Assembly: GCA_963778655.1 (NCBI GenBank)
Contig: CAVZVA010000009.1
Span: forward strand, 672,001 to 736,000
DNA from: an uncultured delta proteobacterium
GTDB taxonomy: Bacteria > Myxococcota_A > Polyangia > Polyangiales > JAFGIB01
DNA length: 64,000 bases
Direction: 5' to 3'
In this document: one piece after another, positions 42,093 through 51,979 of the stretch
Numbering within the stretch: position 1 is the stretch's first letter
Layout of the letters: every line of letters starts with the position of its first letter
Made by a program: the position numbers and the translations under genes
Notes under the pieces: generated by a model
Seen by the model: the letters and a program-made list of their open reading frames with translations, nothing else
What the model was told of the DNA's origin: nothing
The model's database searches: none

Positions 42093-43880
42093 GTGAGGCG
42101 CGCGATCTTCACGCTGTGCGCCTGTGCGCTGGCGAGCGTGTGCTGCGCCTGCCGTCGCGCCCCGCCGCTGACCCAGATCGTGGTCGCCGTCGACAGCGAC
42201 TGGGATGGATTCGAGCGTGCAGACATCGAGATCGGGGGCTTCGAAAAGCCTCACACGGCGCACGCAGACCTGACGCACGCTGCGGCGCGGCACGTTGCGC
42301 TGGTACACGATGGTGGGCCGCTCGGCCCGATCAGCGTGACCGTGCGCGCCTACGCGCAAGGCGCCGCCGACCCGGTGTTGATCGAACGGCGCACCGGGAT
42401 CTACTTCGTAGAGGGCAAGACGCGCTTGTTGCGCATCGATCTGCTGTTGGGTTGCGTCGGCCTGTGCGACGCGCAGCAGGCGTGCCTCGCCGGACCGAAG
42501 TGCGTGGACAGCGAGGGAGCCGCCAGGCTGAGCGAGTGGCAAGGCGACATCGGCGCGATCCCGGTGGTGTTTCACGTCAAGGATGGCGCTGGGCTGCCGG
42601 GCGACGCCGGCGCCGACGGCGCGAGCGCGAGCGCGAGCGATGCAGCCGCCGATGGCGGGGCCAGCGACGCCGGAGGCACCGACGCCGGCCGCGCCGACGC
42701 GGGCGGCAGCGGCGACGGGGGTCCGGCGGGCGACGCGGGCGACGCTCCAGACGCGGGTGATGCGGCCACGCCACTGGGGACGTTCCAGTATGCGCCGTCC
42801 AACGTCGACCCGGCCGACCCCGCCATCGGCGGTCTTTCGCGCGCGGCCGTTTCGCTCGACTGCGCCAGCCCCAGCTTCGACTCCACCGACCTGAGCTTTT
42901 CGGGCTGGTGCGGGCCGACGCCGAGCGCGCTCGTCGTGCAGCAAGACGCGGGCCACGACGCGGCGCTGCTCGTGATGAGCTCGCTCGACATCGCCGCGGG
43001 CACGACCCTGCAGCTGCAGGGCGACAGACCCGTCATCCTGCTCGTGTTCGGCGCGGTCCACGTCGGCGGCGTGATCGACGCGAGCGCGCACGGCGCCACC
43101 CCCGGCCCGGGCGCGGAGCGCGACTGCACGACCGGGCTCGGAGCAAGCGGGCGGGACGGCTCGGTCTCGAGCCCAGCCGGCGCCGCCGGTGGAGGAGGAG
43201 GCGGCTTCGGCACCGCGGGCGGCACGGGCGCCGGCGGCAAAGCCAGCGCGGGCACGACCGCAGCGGGCGGTAGCGAGGGCGACTCGAGGCTGGTTCCGCT
43301 GCGCGGAGGCTGCGCGGGTGGTGCCAGCGGCAAGGCGCCCAGCAATTCGACCTTCGGCGCTGGCGGGCGAGGCGGCGGAGCGGTTCAGCTCTCGGCCGCG
43401 GGGCAGCTCGAGATCGCCGGCAGCGTGGTGGCCGCTGGTGGCGGCGGTGGCGTCGGTGCCGACGCGGCGGCGGGCGGGGGTGGCGGCGGCAGCGGCGGCG
43501 CGATCTTGCTGGAAGGCTCGCCGGTCGCGATCGGCGCCGGCGCGGTGCTGGCCGCCAACGGCGGCGGCGGTGGCGCGGGCCAGCCCTATCCGCTCGGCTC
43601 GGGGGCGAGCGGCGCCGGCGAAGACGGTCACGCCGGGGCGGCAGCAGCAGCCGGCGGGGTTCCCGACGGCATCGGCGGAGCCGGGGGTCAGGGCGCGTGG
43701 CGCGACGCCCCAGCGAGTGACGGGGTGCTTCCAAGCTCGGGAAGCTTCGGCATGACCACGGTCTGGGGCGGCGGTGGCGGTGGCGGCGGCGGCAGCGGTC
43801 GCATTCAGATCAACGCCGCGGACAGCTGCAGCCCGCCCGGCACGCTCAGCCCGCTGCCGGCGGTCACCTGCCCGAGCTGA
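42093..43880 (+). CDS. Secreted glycine-rich lipoprotein
   Basis: Signal VRRAIFTLCACALASVCCAC; DAG-rich linker; repeated GGGGG/GGAILL beta motifs. Confidence 0.78.
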   Translation: MRRAIFTLCACALASVCCACRRAPPLTQIVVAVDSDWDGFERADIEIGGFEKPHTAHADLTHAAARHVALVHDGGPLGPISVTVRAYAQGAADPVLIERRTGIYFVEGKTRLLRIDLLLGCVGLCDAQQACLAGPKCVDSEGAARLSEWQGDIGAIPVVFHVKDGAGLPGDAGADGASASASDAAADGGASDAGGTDAGRADAGGSGDGGPAGDAGDAPDAGDAATPLGTFQYAPSNVDPADPAIGGLSRAAVSLDCASPSFDSTDLSFSGWCGPTPSALVVQQDAGHDAALLVMSSLDIAAGTTLQLQGDRPVILLVFGAVHVGGVIDASAHGATPGPGAERDCTTGLGASGRDGSVSSPAGAAGGGGGGFGTAGGTGAGGKASAGTTAAGGSEGDSRLVPLRGGCAGGASGKAPSNSTFGAGGRGGGAVQLSAAGQLEIAGSVVAAGGGGGVGADAAAGGGGGGSGGAILLEGSPVAIGAGAVLAANGGGGGAGQPYPLGSGASGAGEDGHAGAAAAAGGVPDGIGGAGGQGAWRDAPASDGVLPSSGSFGMTTVWGGGGGGGGGSGRIQINAADSCSPPGTLSPLPAVTCPS

Positions 43881-43976
43881 GCCGGCGCCGGCGCGGCGTC
43901 GAGCGGTCGGCAAGCGGGCGCCCAGCGGCGCACCGGCGTGAGAGCCGGCGCGGACGTGTGATACACAGCAGCCACC

Positions 43977-44783
43977 ATGGTCGATCTGCCGCCGCCAAGC
44001 CCCATCTACGAGCACCGCCAGGGGGTGTGGGTGAAGGAGTCGTGGCTGCGCTTCTTCGGCATCACCTTGCAGACGCGGATGGTGGTGTTGCAGCTCGACG
44101 GGGGCCTGCTGCTGTACTCGCCGTCGCCGGCGGTGCTCGACTCGACCACGCGCGAGGAGCTCGAGCGGCTCGGGGTGGTGCGCTGGCTGGTGGCCCCGAA
44201 CGAGATCCACAACCTCGGGTTGCGGGCGTTTCAGACCGCGTTTGCCGACGCGCACGTCACCGGCTGCGTGGGGCATCCGCGCCGCGTGCACGGGGTGCGT
44301 TTCGATACGCTGCTGGGCGCGGGCGCCGGGCCCGACGCGGTGCCCTGGAGCGCGAGCGGCGAGCTGGCACTTCACGTCATCGGCGGCAATCGGCTGCTGC
44401 ACGAGATCGCGCTGCTGCACCGCCCGTCGAAGACGCTGTTGGTCGCCGACGCGGTCGAGTTGATCGACGAGAACGTGACCGGCGGCGCGCCGTTGGGCCG
44501 GTTGATGACGTGGTTGCTGCGCAGGGTGGGGTTGCGCCCGGGCGAGCCCTGCATGAGCCCCGAGCACAACCTGTATTGCGCGGACCCCGACGCGCTTTCG
44601 GCGTCGCTGCAAGTGCTTGCGGGATGGGACTTCGACTCGCTGGTGATGGCGCACGGCCGCATCGTGGAGGGAGCGCAAGCCCGGCGCGCGCTGCAGCTCG
44701 CCTCCGAGTCCGCGCTCGCCGCGATTCGCAACCGCAGCGCTGCAGCACGCGCGTTTTGGGCCGCGACCGCGCGCGTTCAATAG
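43977..44783 (+). CDS. DUF4336-like metallo-beta-lactamase-fold protein
   Basis: TRMVVLQL.GGLLLYSP, LVAPNEIH, EIALLHRPSKTLLVAD, WDFDSLVMAHG. Confidence 0.82.
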   Translation: MVDLPPPSPIYEHRQGVWVKESWLRFFGITLQTRMVVLQLDGGLLLYSPSPAVLDSTTREELERLGVVRWLVAPNEIHNLGLRAFQTAFADAHVTGCVGHPRRVHGVRFDTLLGAGAGPDAVPWSASGELALHVIGGNRLLHEIALLHRPSKTLLVADAVELIDENVTGGAPLGRLMTWLLRRVGLRPGEPCMSPEHNLYCADPDALSASLQVLAGWDFDSLVMAHGRIVEGAQARRALQLASESALAAIRNRSAAARAFWAATARVQ

Positions 44784-44818
44784 GCCGGCGTGCCGCGTGC
44801 CCGCGAACGCCCGCTCCC

Positions 44819-45790
44819 TCAGATCGGCAGCGGGGTGAGCCGGCCGCCGCGCTCCACCAGCAGCAGGCCGGAGCTGATCGCGTGCGGCGCGTTCTGCGCC
44901 TCGCGCGCGGCGCGCTCGCGCATCGCGTGCAGCGTGGGCGAGTCGAGCGGGCAGGCGAACAGCGCGTCGCGATGCGGAACCGCGGCCGCGAACGGCGAGC
45001 CCAGCTCGCGCGCGAGCAGCTCGTGCAGGCCGGGCAGCAGCAGGCGCGAGGCGTCGAAGCCGTCGCCCGTGCTGGCCACGATCAGCGTGCCGTGCGCGCC
45101 GTCGATGCGCAGCAGCCGCGCCTTGCCGCTGCGCGCCGCGAGGTTGCCGAGCGCCGCCTCCAGCAGGCGCGGCGTGGCCTGCCGCCAGCGCCGCGCCTCG
45201 GCTCTGCCCACGTAGCGCGCGCGACCAGGCTCCTGCACCACGAAGCAGACCTGGACCTCGGCCGCGAGCGGATGACTGCAGAGCGCGTCCGCGGCGGCGC
45301 GCGCGTCGAGCTGCGCGAAGAAGCGCGGCCCCACCAGGCGCGGCAGGATGCGCGTTCGCGCGCGCGCCCAGTGCGCGGCCGCGGCGCGCGCGTGCGTGCT
45401 GGCGGTCTCGGCTTCGACCGCCGAAACTTGCTCGGCCAGACACGCGCGCACGTTGTCGGCCGCGAGCGCGAGCTCGATCGCGACGAAGGGATCGAAGAAC
45501 GCGTGCGCGCCGAGCTCGAGCCCGTGACGGCCGTCGCACGTGACGTGGCGCGGCACGGTCAGCGCGTCGCAAAGCAGTAGCGCCAGGTACGCGCCCGCGA
45601 GCTCCACGAACAACCGCTCCTGTTCCGGCTCCGGCTCGCACGGGAAGCGCTCGAGCGCGCGCGCCAGCGCGAGCAGGCCGTGCGCGCCTCGGGGAGGATC
45701 ACGTTCGACACCCAAGCTCGCGCTGAAGATCGAGGCCGCGTCGGTGAGCGGGCCACAGCGAAGCCGATGGCCTTCGATCCAGCTTGCCAC
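44819..45790 (-). CDS. Hypothetical protein with DUF1444-like C-terminal domain
   Basis: GDGFDASRLLLP...AAVPHRDALF. Confidence 0.65.
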   Translation of the reverse strand: MASWIEGHRLRCGPLTDAASIFSASLGVERDPPRGAHGLLALARALERFPCEPEPEQERLFVELAGAYLALLLCDALTVPRHVTCDGRHGLELGAHAFFDPFVAIELALAADNVRACLAEQVSAVEAETASTHARAAAAHWARARTRILPRLVGPRFFAQLDARAAADALCSHPLAAEVQVCFVVQEPGRARYVGRAEARRWRQATPRLLEAALGNLAARSGKARLLRIDGAHGTLIVASTGDGFDASRLLLPGLHELLARELGSPFAAAVPHRDALFACPLDSPTLHAMRERAAREAQNAPHAISSGLLLVERGGRLTPLPI

Positions 45791-45934
45791 TCGCGCACGA
45801 GGCTACTGCCGCCGATCGCCGGCCGCAATGCTTGCCGATCGCGCGCGCGCGCTTTTGTCGCAGCCTGTGGTCGCGATCGCACATCGCGCTAGATTGCCTG
45901 GGGCCGGCGGATCTGCACAGATGAGTCAAGTCTT

Positions 45935-46098
45935 GAGCGCCGGAGCGAAGCGACCCCGCGGGAGAGTGGGCCCCGTTGGGCTTTGCGCAACGGGCGGGAG
46001 GGGCGCGTGCCCCTCCCGGTCACAGAAGGCTAGCGAGGCCCCTGTCTTGGCGCGAGTAGACCAGCATCTCTCATGGGTCTGAGGCGCAGCCTCGCTAG
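45935..46098. repeat. Family B repeat plus a 69-bp element with 10-bp inverted ends (CTAGCGAGGC/GCCTCGCTAG)
   Basis: 45992-46019 matches 9205-9232; IR at 46030-46039 and 46089-46098. Confidence 0.65.
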
Positions 46099-46124
46099 TG
46101 CTAAGCGCGGTTGGCGCGCGGGCT

Positions 46125-46892
46125 CTACTCGAGCAGGTCGGGCTCCTCGCGCACGATGCGCGCATAGAGCGGCTGGAAACCCAGCCAGCCAGCGCCCTCG
46201 GAGCCGACCTGGTCGCGGGTCTTGCTCGCGTTCTCGGGGTCGATCAGGCACGGCTTGCCGGCGGCTTCCGCCAGCAACTGGGACTGGCAGCAGCGCTCCA
46301 TGCTGATGAACCAGAACGCGGCGGACTCCACGCTGTGGCCGACGGTCAGCAGGCCGTGGTTGCGCAGGATGACCGCCTTGTGGGCGCCGAGCGCGCTCGC
46401 AATGCGGTCGCCTTCCGCGGTGTCGAGCACGACTCCGGTGTAGTCCTCGAACAGCCCGTGATCCTGGTAGAATGCGCACGCGTCCTGGGTGAGCGGATCG
46501 AGCCGCCGCCCCAGCGCGGACCAGCTGCGCCCGTAGATCGAGTGGCTGTGCGCGGCGGCCATGACGTCCGGGCGCGCCGCGTGGACGCGCGAGTGGATGG
46601 CGAAGGCGGCGCGGTTGACGCGCGCGCGACCTTTGATCACCTCGCCGCCGGCGTTGACGAGGATCAGGTCGGATACGCGGATGTGGCCGAAGTACATGCC
46701 GAAGGGATTGACCCAGAAGCAATCCGGCTGCTCGGGATCGCGCAGCGTGATGTGTCCGGCCACGCCCTCGTCGTAGCCGAAGCGCGCGAACAGGCGAAAC
46801 GCCGCCGCCAGGCGCTGTTTCTGGTGCACGCGGCGCGTCGCGATCGAATCGGGCTGCTCGGAGCGGCGCGGGGTTTCGAAGGTTTCCGGCAT
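46125..46892 (-). CDS. Class II aldolase/adducin family protein
   Basis: EGVAGHITLRDP, AFAIHSRVH, AAHSHS, ILRNHGLLTVG. Confidence 0.92.
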   Translation of the reverse strand: MPETFETPRRSEQPDSIATRRVHQKQRLAAAFRLFARFGYDEGVAGHITLRDPEQPDCFWVNPFGMYFGHIRVSDLILVNAGGEVIKGRARVNRAAFAIHSRVHAARPDVMAAAHSHSIYGRSWSALGRRLDPLTQDACAFYQDHGLFEDYTGVVLDTAEGDRIASALGAHKAVILRNHGLLTVGHSVESAAFWFISMERCCQSQLLAEAAGKPCLIDPENASKTRDQVGSEGAGWLGFQPLYARIVREEPDLLE

Positions 46893-46946
46893 GAGAGCTC
46901 TCCTGCCCGGAACGTATCGCGCCTTCGGCCCCCGGGCAAAGCCGGT

Positions 46947-47885
46947 TTACGGAGCCCAGTCGAAGGCCAGGCGGGTCCCGATTAGCACGCTGTTGTCGAG
47001 GGGCGCGGTGGAGGTGGGCGGGTGCAGCTCGTAGGCGACAAACAGCATGGCGTAGGGCATGAAGCTCGCGCCGCGCATGGTGGCGATGCCGCCGGCCAGC
47101 TCGATACGGCCGCCCGGCGGCCAGACCGCCTGGGTGCGGTTGAGGCGTACGACAGGGGCCAGGCCGAGGTCGAAGACGCGTGAGAAGCGTGAGACCCGCA
47201 GCAGCAGCGGCACCGCGATCGAGATGGTGGTGTCGAGGCCGCGCGCCTTGGCGCTCTGAGGCGCGAACGCGCTGCTGGCGGACAGCTCGCCGCCCACCGC
47301 GAAGGTGAGCTGGGGCCCGAGGCCGTGCCCGAGGTAAAGCCGGCCGCCGCCGCCCACGGCCGGCAGCTTGGTCTCGAACACGTAGGAAGCGAAGCCCACG
47401 GTCTCGGCCAGGATGACCAAGCGGCCGGCGTCGCCCTGCGTGCCGGAGAAGTGCTCGCTCGGCTCGAGCCAGAACGGACAGTCGGTCGCCGCGCGGCGGC
47501 GCGCGTAGCGCAACAGCGCGCGCGTGCGCTCGAGCGACAGCGAGTCCGAAGCTGGCTCCAGCTGGTTTCCGTGATCGTGATAGATGCGTTCGGCCGGACC
47601 GCCGGCCAGCGCGATCTGGCCGTTGAGCCAGGCTTCGAGGTCGTCGAGCGACGCCGGCTCGGCCTGGCACACGCTGCGCAGCGCGGCCTCGGCGTTGTTG
47701 TGGAGCTGGGCGCGATCGATGACCCAGCCGTTGTCATCGCTGAGCTGCACGGCCTTGCGCAGGTCGTTGTAGACCGCGCGCTCGACCGGATCGCTGGGGA
47801 GCGTGGCGCAGCCGCTCGCGGCCAAGGCCGACAGCACGCACGCGCCGAAGCACGCGCCCAAGCCCTTGCGCGGCGGGCGCTTCAC
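46947..47885 (-). CDS. Hypothetical lipoprotein with C-terminal beta-strand (barrel-like) region
   Basis: Lipobox LAASGC; helical N-half, beta-rich C-half; GTGA overlap. Confidence 0.7.
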   Translation of the reverse strand: MKRPPRKGLGACFGACVLSALAASGCATLPSDPVERAVYNDLRKAVQLSDDNGWVIDRAQLHNNAEAALRSVCQAEPASLDDLEAWLNGQIALAGGPAERIYHDHGNQLEPASDSLSLERTRALLRYARRRAATDCPFWLEPSEHFSGTQGDAGRLVILAETVGFASYVFETKLPAVGGGGRLYLGHGLGPQLTFAVGGELSASSAFAPQSAKARGLDTTISIAVPLLLRVSRFSRVFDLGLAPVVRLNRTQAVWPPGGRIELAGGIATMRGASFMPYAMLFVAYELHPPTSTAPLDNSVLIGTRLAFDWAP

Positions 47886-48916
47886 CCGGCACCGCCTCGT
47901 GCGCGCTGCCGCGGCGACGCGGCTGCGGGCCCCGCGCAGCGCAGCACCGCGGAGCCGGCGAAGCGGCCTTCACGCAGGGCTTGCAACGCCTCGCCGGCCT
48001 GCTCGAGCTCGAAGGCGTGGACCTGCGTGTGGATGCCGGCCTGCTCGGCCAGTGTCAGAAACTCCGTACCGTCACGGCGCGTGAGGTTGGCGACCGAGCG
48101 CACGCTGCGTTCCATCCAAAGCAGGCTGTAGGGGAAGGACGGAATGTCGCTCATGTGAATGCCGGCGCAGACCACGCTGCCGCCCGGAGCGAGCGCGCGC
48201 AGAGCCGCCGGCACCAGCGCGCCGACCGGCGCGAACACGATCGCGGCGTCGAGCGGCACAGGCGCTCGCTCGCTCGACGCCCCCGTCCAGACCGCGCCGA
48301 GCGCGCGCGCGAGCGCCTGCGCCTGCACGTCGCCTGTGCGCGTGAACGCGTAGCTCTCCCGCCCCTGATGGCGCAGCACCTGCGCCACGATGTGCGCCGC
48401 AGAGCCGAAGCCGTACAAGCCCACCCGCCTGGCGTCGCCGCACATGCGCAGCGCGCGATAGCCGATCAGGCCGGCGCACAACAGCGGCGCCGCCTGCAGG
48501 TCGTCGAAGCGGTCGGGCAGCGGAAAGCAGTAGCGCGCATCCGCGACCGCGCGCTCGGCAAATCCGCCGTCGCGGTGGTAGCCGGTGAAGCGCGCCTTGG
48601 GGCACAGGTTCTCGCGGCCGCTGCGGCAGAACGCGCAACGCCCGCAGGTCGACCCGAGCCACGGCACACCCACGCGCTGCCCGAGCGCGAAGCGATCGAC
48701 GCCCGGGCCGAGGGCGGCGACCGTGCCCACGATCTGGTGGCCCGGCACCAGCGGCAGCACCGGCTCGCTGAGCTCGCCGTCCAGGATGTGCAGGTCGGTA
48801 CGGCACACCCCGCACGCCCGCACCTGCAGCAGCACCTCGCCGCGGCCGGGCGCGGGCACCTCCAGCTCGCGCGCCACCAGCCCGCCGCCGGGACGCTCAA
48901 GCACCATCGCGCGCAT
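47882..48916 (-). CDS. Zinc-dependent alcohol dehydrogenase family protein (alternative start 49015)
   Basis: ACGVCRTDLH, PGHQIVG, CGRCAFC...ENLC, APLLCAGLIGYR, GLYGFG. Confidence 0.92.
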   Translation of the reverse strand: MRAMVLERPGGGLVARELEVPAPGRGEVLLQVRACGVCRTDLHILDGELSEPVLPLVPGHQIVGTVAALGPGVDRFALGQRVGVPWLGSTCGRCAFCRSGRENLCPKARFTGYHRDGGFAERAVADARYCFPLPDRFDDLQAAPLLCAGLIGYRALRMCGDARRVGLYGFGSAAHIVAQVLRHQGRESYAFTRTGDVQAQALARALGAVWTGASSERAPVPLDAAIVFAPVGALVPAALRALAPGGSVVCAGIHMSDIPSFPYSLLWMERSVRSVANLTRRDGTEFLTLAEQAGIHTQVHAFELEQAGEALQALREGRFAGSAVLRCAGPAAASPRQRARGGAG

Positions 48917-49011
48917 GCGCTGCGCGTGCGCGGCGCCGCGCCTGCGGGTGGCGCCGCCGCCGGCCCGCGCGCCTGCGGCCGGGGCGTGCTTGCCTCGTGC
49001 AGGCATCGCGC

Positions 49012-49788
49012 TCATGCCTCCGGCTCGGGCAGGCCCGCGCGCTCGCGCGCCACCGCCCCGAACACCTCGGCGAAGGCGCTCAGCACGGCGCGCTCGACCT
49101 CGGCCATCGCCGGCGCCTTGCCCAGCTCGCGCTCGAGCGAGGTCACCTGCTTGTCGCTGATGCCGCAGGGCACGATCAGCTCGAACGCGCTGAGCGCGGT
49201 GCTGACGTTGAGCGCGAAGCCGTGCATCGTCACCCAGCGGCGGATGCGCACGCCCACCGCGCCCAGCTTGCGCTGCTCGATCCACGCGCCGTTGAGGCCC
49301 GCAATGCGCCCCGCGCGCAGCCCAAACGCCCCGGCGGTGCGGATCATCACCTCCTCGAGACCCATGACGTACTTGCGCACGTCGCGACGGTCCGGGCTCA
49401 GATCGACGATCGGGTAGCCCACGAGCTGGCCTGGACCGTGGTAGGTCACGTCACCGCCGCGGCCGGTCTCGTACAGCTCCACGCCCCGCGCGGCGAGCAG
49501 CTGGCCCGAGGCCAGCACGTGCTCGGGCTTGGCGCCGCGGCCCAGCGTGATCACCGGCTCGTGCTCCAGCAGCAACAACGTGTCGGCGATGCGCCCCTCG
49601 ATGCGAGCTTCGAGCAGGCGCTGCTGCAGCGCGAGCGCGGCGGCGTAGCCGATCCTGCCCAGACGGTACACGTCCAGCGCGCGCGCCGCTGCGGCCCGCG
49701 GCCGCGGCCCGGGCGCAGGCGCCGCGTCGCGTGTCGCGCTTTCGAGATGCACGTCGCAGCAGGCCTCGCCTTTGGGACGCGCGCTCAC
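49012..49788 (-). CDS. lipB: Lipoyl(octanoyl) transferase
   Basis: LLEHEPVITLGR, RGGDVTYHGPGQLVGYP, HGFALNV, IVPCGI; GTGA overlap with lpd. Confidence 0.95.
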   Translation of the reverse strand: MSARPKGEACCDVHLESATRDAAPAPGPRPRAAAARALDVYRLGRIGYAAALALQQRLLEARIEGRIADTLLLLEHEPVITLGRGAKPEHVLASGQLLAARGVELYETGRGGDVTYHGPGQLVGYPIVDLSPDRRDVRKYVMGLEEVMIRTAGAFGLRAGRIAGLNGAWIEQRKLGAVGVRIRRWVTMHGFALNVSTALSAFELIVPCGISDKQVTSLERELGKAPAMAEVERAVLSAFAEVFGAVARERAGLPEPEA

Positions 49789-51194
49789 TTGTTGACGATG
49801 TGGATCGCCTCTTTGAGCGCGTGCCGCACCGATTCGTTGAACGACTCGGACAGCGTCGGATGGGTGTGCACCGTGAGCGCCACGTCGTCCGCGTAGGCGC
49901 ACATCTCGAGCGCGAGCGTGGCCTCCGCGATCAGCTCGCTGGCCTCGGCGCCCACGATGCCGGTGCCCAGCAGCTGGTCTTTGTCGGCGTCCACGATTGT
50001 CTTCACGAAGCCCGCGGTCTCATTCATCGCCATCGCGCGGCCCGAGGCCGCGAGCGGGAACTTGCCGATCTTGACCGCGATGCCGCGCTGCTTGGCTTCC
50101 TCCTCCGACAGCCCCACGGTCGCGATCTCGGGGTCGGTGAATACCGCCGACGGCATCGCGCGGTAGTCGCAGGCCGCCTTGCGTCCGGCGATCACCTCGG
50201 CCACCACCTCGCCCTGCTTCATCGCGCGGTGGGCGAGGTAGGGCGCGCCGGTCACGTCGCCGATGGCGTAGATGCCGGCGACGTTGGTGCGCAGCTGATC
50301 GTCGACCTGGATGTGCCCGCGCGCGTCGGTCTTGACCCCGAAGTCCTGCAGGCCGAGCTCGCCCGACAGCGGCCGAAAGCCCACCGCCACCAGCACCTTG
50401 TCGGCCTCGAGCACGCGCTGCGCGCCCTCGTGCTCGACCTCGACCGTGGCGTGGCCCTGCGCCACCTTGGCGCCCTTGGCGCGCGCCCCCAGCAGCAGCT
50501 CGCCGCCAGCCGCCTTGAACTTGCGCTCCACCACCTGCACCAGGTCGGCGTCGATCCCGGAAAGCAGTCGCGGCAGCATCTCGACCACGATCACCTTGGC
50601 GCCCAGCTTCTGGTACATCATGCCGAGCTCCATGCCGATGATGCCGCCGCCGATCAGCACCAGCGTCCTGGGCGCGCTCTGTAGGCTGACCGCCTCGCGC
50701 GCGGTGATCACCACCTCGCCGTCGGGCTCGAAGCCCGGGATCTGAATCGGGCTGGCGCCGGTCGCGATCACGATTCCCTTGCGCGCCACGAACGACTCGC
50801 TCTTGCCGTCGTTCTTGTCGACCAGCACGGTGTGCGCGCCGGTCAGCCGCGCCTTGCCCATCACGATCTGCCCGCCGCTGCTCTTGACCAGGCTGGAGAC
50901 CCCGCTGGTCAGCTTCTTGACGATGCCGCCCTTCCAGGTCTGCATCACCGGCACGTCGAGCTTGAGGTCGGAGACGCTGATGCCCATGTTCTGCGCATGG
51001 CGCACGCGGTCCGCCAGACCGGCGGCGTAGATCAAGGCCTTGGACGGGATGCAGCCCCAGTTCAGGCAGGTCCCGCCCATGTACTCCTTTTCGGCGACCA
51101 ACGTCTTGAGCCCGAGCTGCCCCAGGCGGATGGCCGCGACGTAGCCCCCGGGCCCGCCACCGATCACGATCACGTCGTAGCTTTTGTCGGTCAT
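49785..51194 (-). CDS. lpdA: Dihydrolipoyl dehydrogenase
   Basis: IGGGPGGYVAA, GGTCLNWGCIPSK, IYAIGD, FTDPEIA, HTHPTLSE. Confidence 0.96.
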   Translation of the reverse strand: MTDKSYDVIVIGGGPGGYVAAIRLGQLGLKTLVAEKEYMGGTCLNWGCIPSKALIYAAGLADRVRHAQNMGISVSDLKLDVPVMQTWKGGIVKKLTSGVSSLVKSSGGQIVMGKARLTGAHTVLVDKNDGKSESFVARKGIVIATGASPIQIPGFEPDGEVVITAREAVSLQSAPRTLVLIGGGIIGMELGMMYQKLGAKVIVVEMLPRLLSGIDADLVQVVERKFKAAGGELLLGARAKGAKVAQGHATVEVEHEGAQRVLEADKVLVAVGFRPLSGELGLQDFGVKTDARGHIQVDDQLRTNVAGIYAIGDVTGAPYLAHRAMKQGEVVAEVIAGRKAACDYRAMPSAVFTDPEIATVGLSEEEAKQRGIAVKIGKFPLAASGRAMAMNETAGFVKTIVDADKDQLLGTGIVGAEASELIAEATLALEMCAYADDVALTVHTHPTLSESFNESVRHALKEAIHIVNK

Positions 51195-51478
51195 TGTACG
51201 CTTCCTCGCCTGTGAGCCGAGCGCGCAACGAGCCCCCAAAGCCACCGGGTCGCGTCGCCAGAGGCATCTTAGCCCTGCGCATTGATGCGTCAATGGCGAG
51301 TGTTCCCGCCGTTGGGCTTCGAAGCTGGGTGGTGTCCGGCGCGATCAGCTCGTGAACGGAGCACGGCGACGCGCCGAGGGGTGGGCGCTGACGGCTTCGC
51401 CGCCAGGACAGGGAGGGCGGGTGCCCTGCCCGTGAGGAGAGCTGGCACGAGCCGGCATTGGCGATATGTTCCGGGGCG

Positions 51479-51949
51479 ATGCGCGCACGCCGCCAGCTCG
51501 CCGCCCTGCTCGGGCTGGCCGTCTTGACCGTCGCCTGCGGGCGCTCCGCCAACGAGTCGCCGGTCGAGACCGTGCGCCACTTTCTCGACGCGATGGAGCG
51601 CGGCGCCGACGAGGAAGACGCCCTGCAGGAAGCCTACTCTCTGATGGACGCACCCGCGCGCGCGGCGCTGGCGCGTCGCGCGGCGCGGGCGAGCGCGCTT
51701 TCCGGGCGCAGCTTCCAGCCCTGGCAGATGCTGGCACGCGGGCGCTTCCGCCGGCGCTTCGCGCCCGGCACGCGGGCCGGCATGCACGAGCGCATCGACG
51801 GCGACCACGCGGTGGTCACCGTCAGCGCCGACAAGAGCGGCCCGCGCGCCGACGTGCCGCTGGTACGCGAGCAAGGGCACTGGCGCATTCGGCTCGAGAT
51901 CCCGCCCATGCGCGAGGCGCCGGAGGGCGCGCGACAGCCCGGCGGATAG
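51479..51949 (+). CDS. Hypothetical lipoprotein (NTF2-like fold likely)
   Basis: Lipobox LTVAC; SPVETVRHFL, IDGDHAVVTV, VPLVREQGHWRI. Confidence 0.72.
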   Translation: MRARRQLAALLGLAVLTVACGRSANESPVETVRHFLDAMERGADEEDALQEAYSLMDAPARAALARRAARASALSGRSFQPWQMLARGRFRRRFAPGTRAGMHERIDGDHAVVTVSADKSGPRADVPLVREQGHWRIRLEIPPMREAPEGARQPGG

Positions 51950-51979
51950 CTGCTATCACCGCAGCCGGCTGGAGGAAGC

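Noticed and set aside
42045..45641. 1198-aa minus-strand ORF
   Set aside because: Arg/Ala-rich with no motifs; overlaps three better-supported genes.
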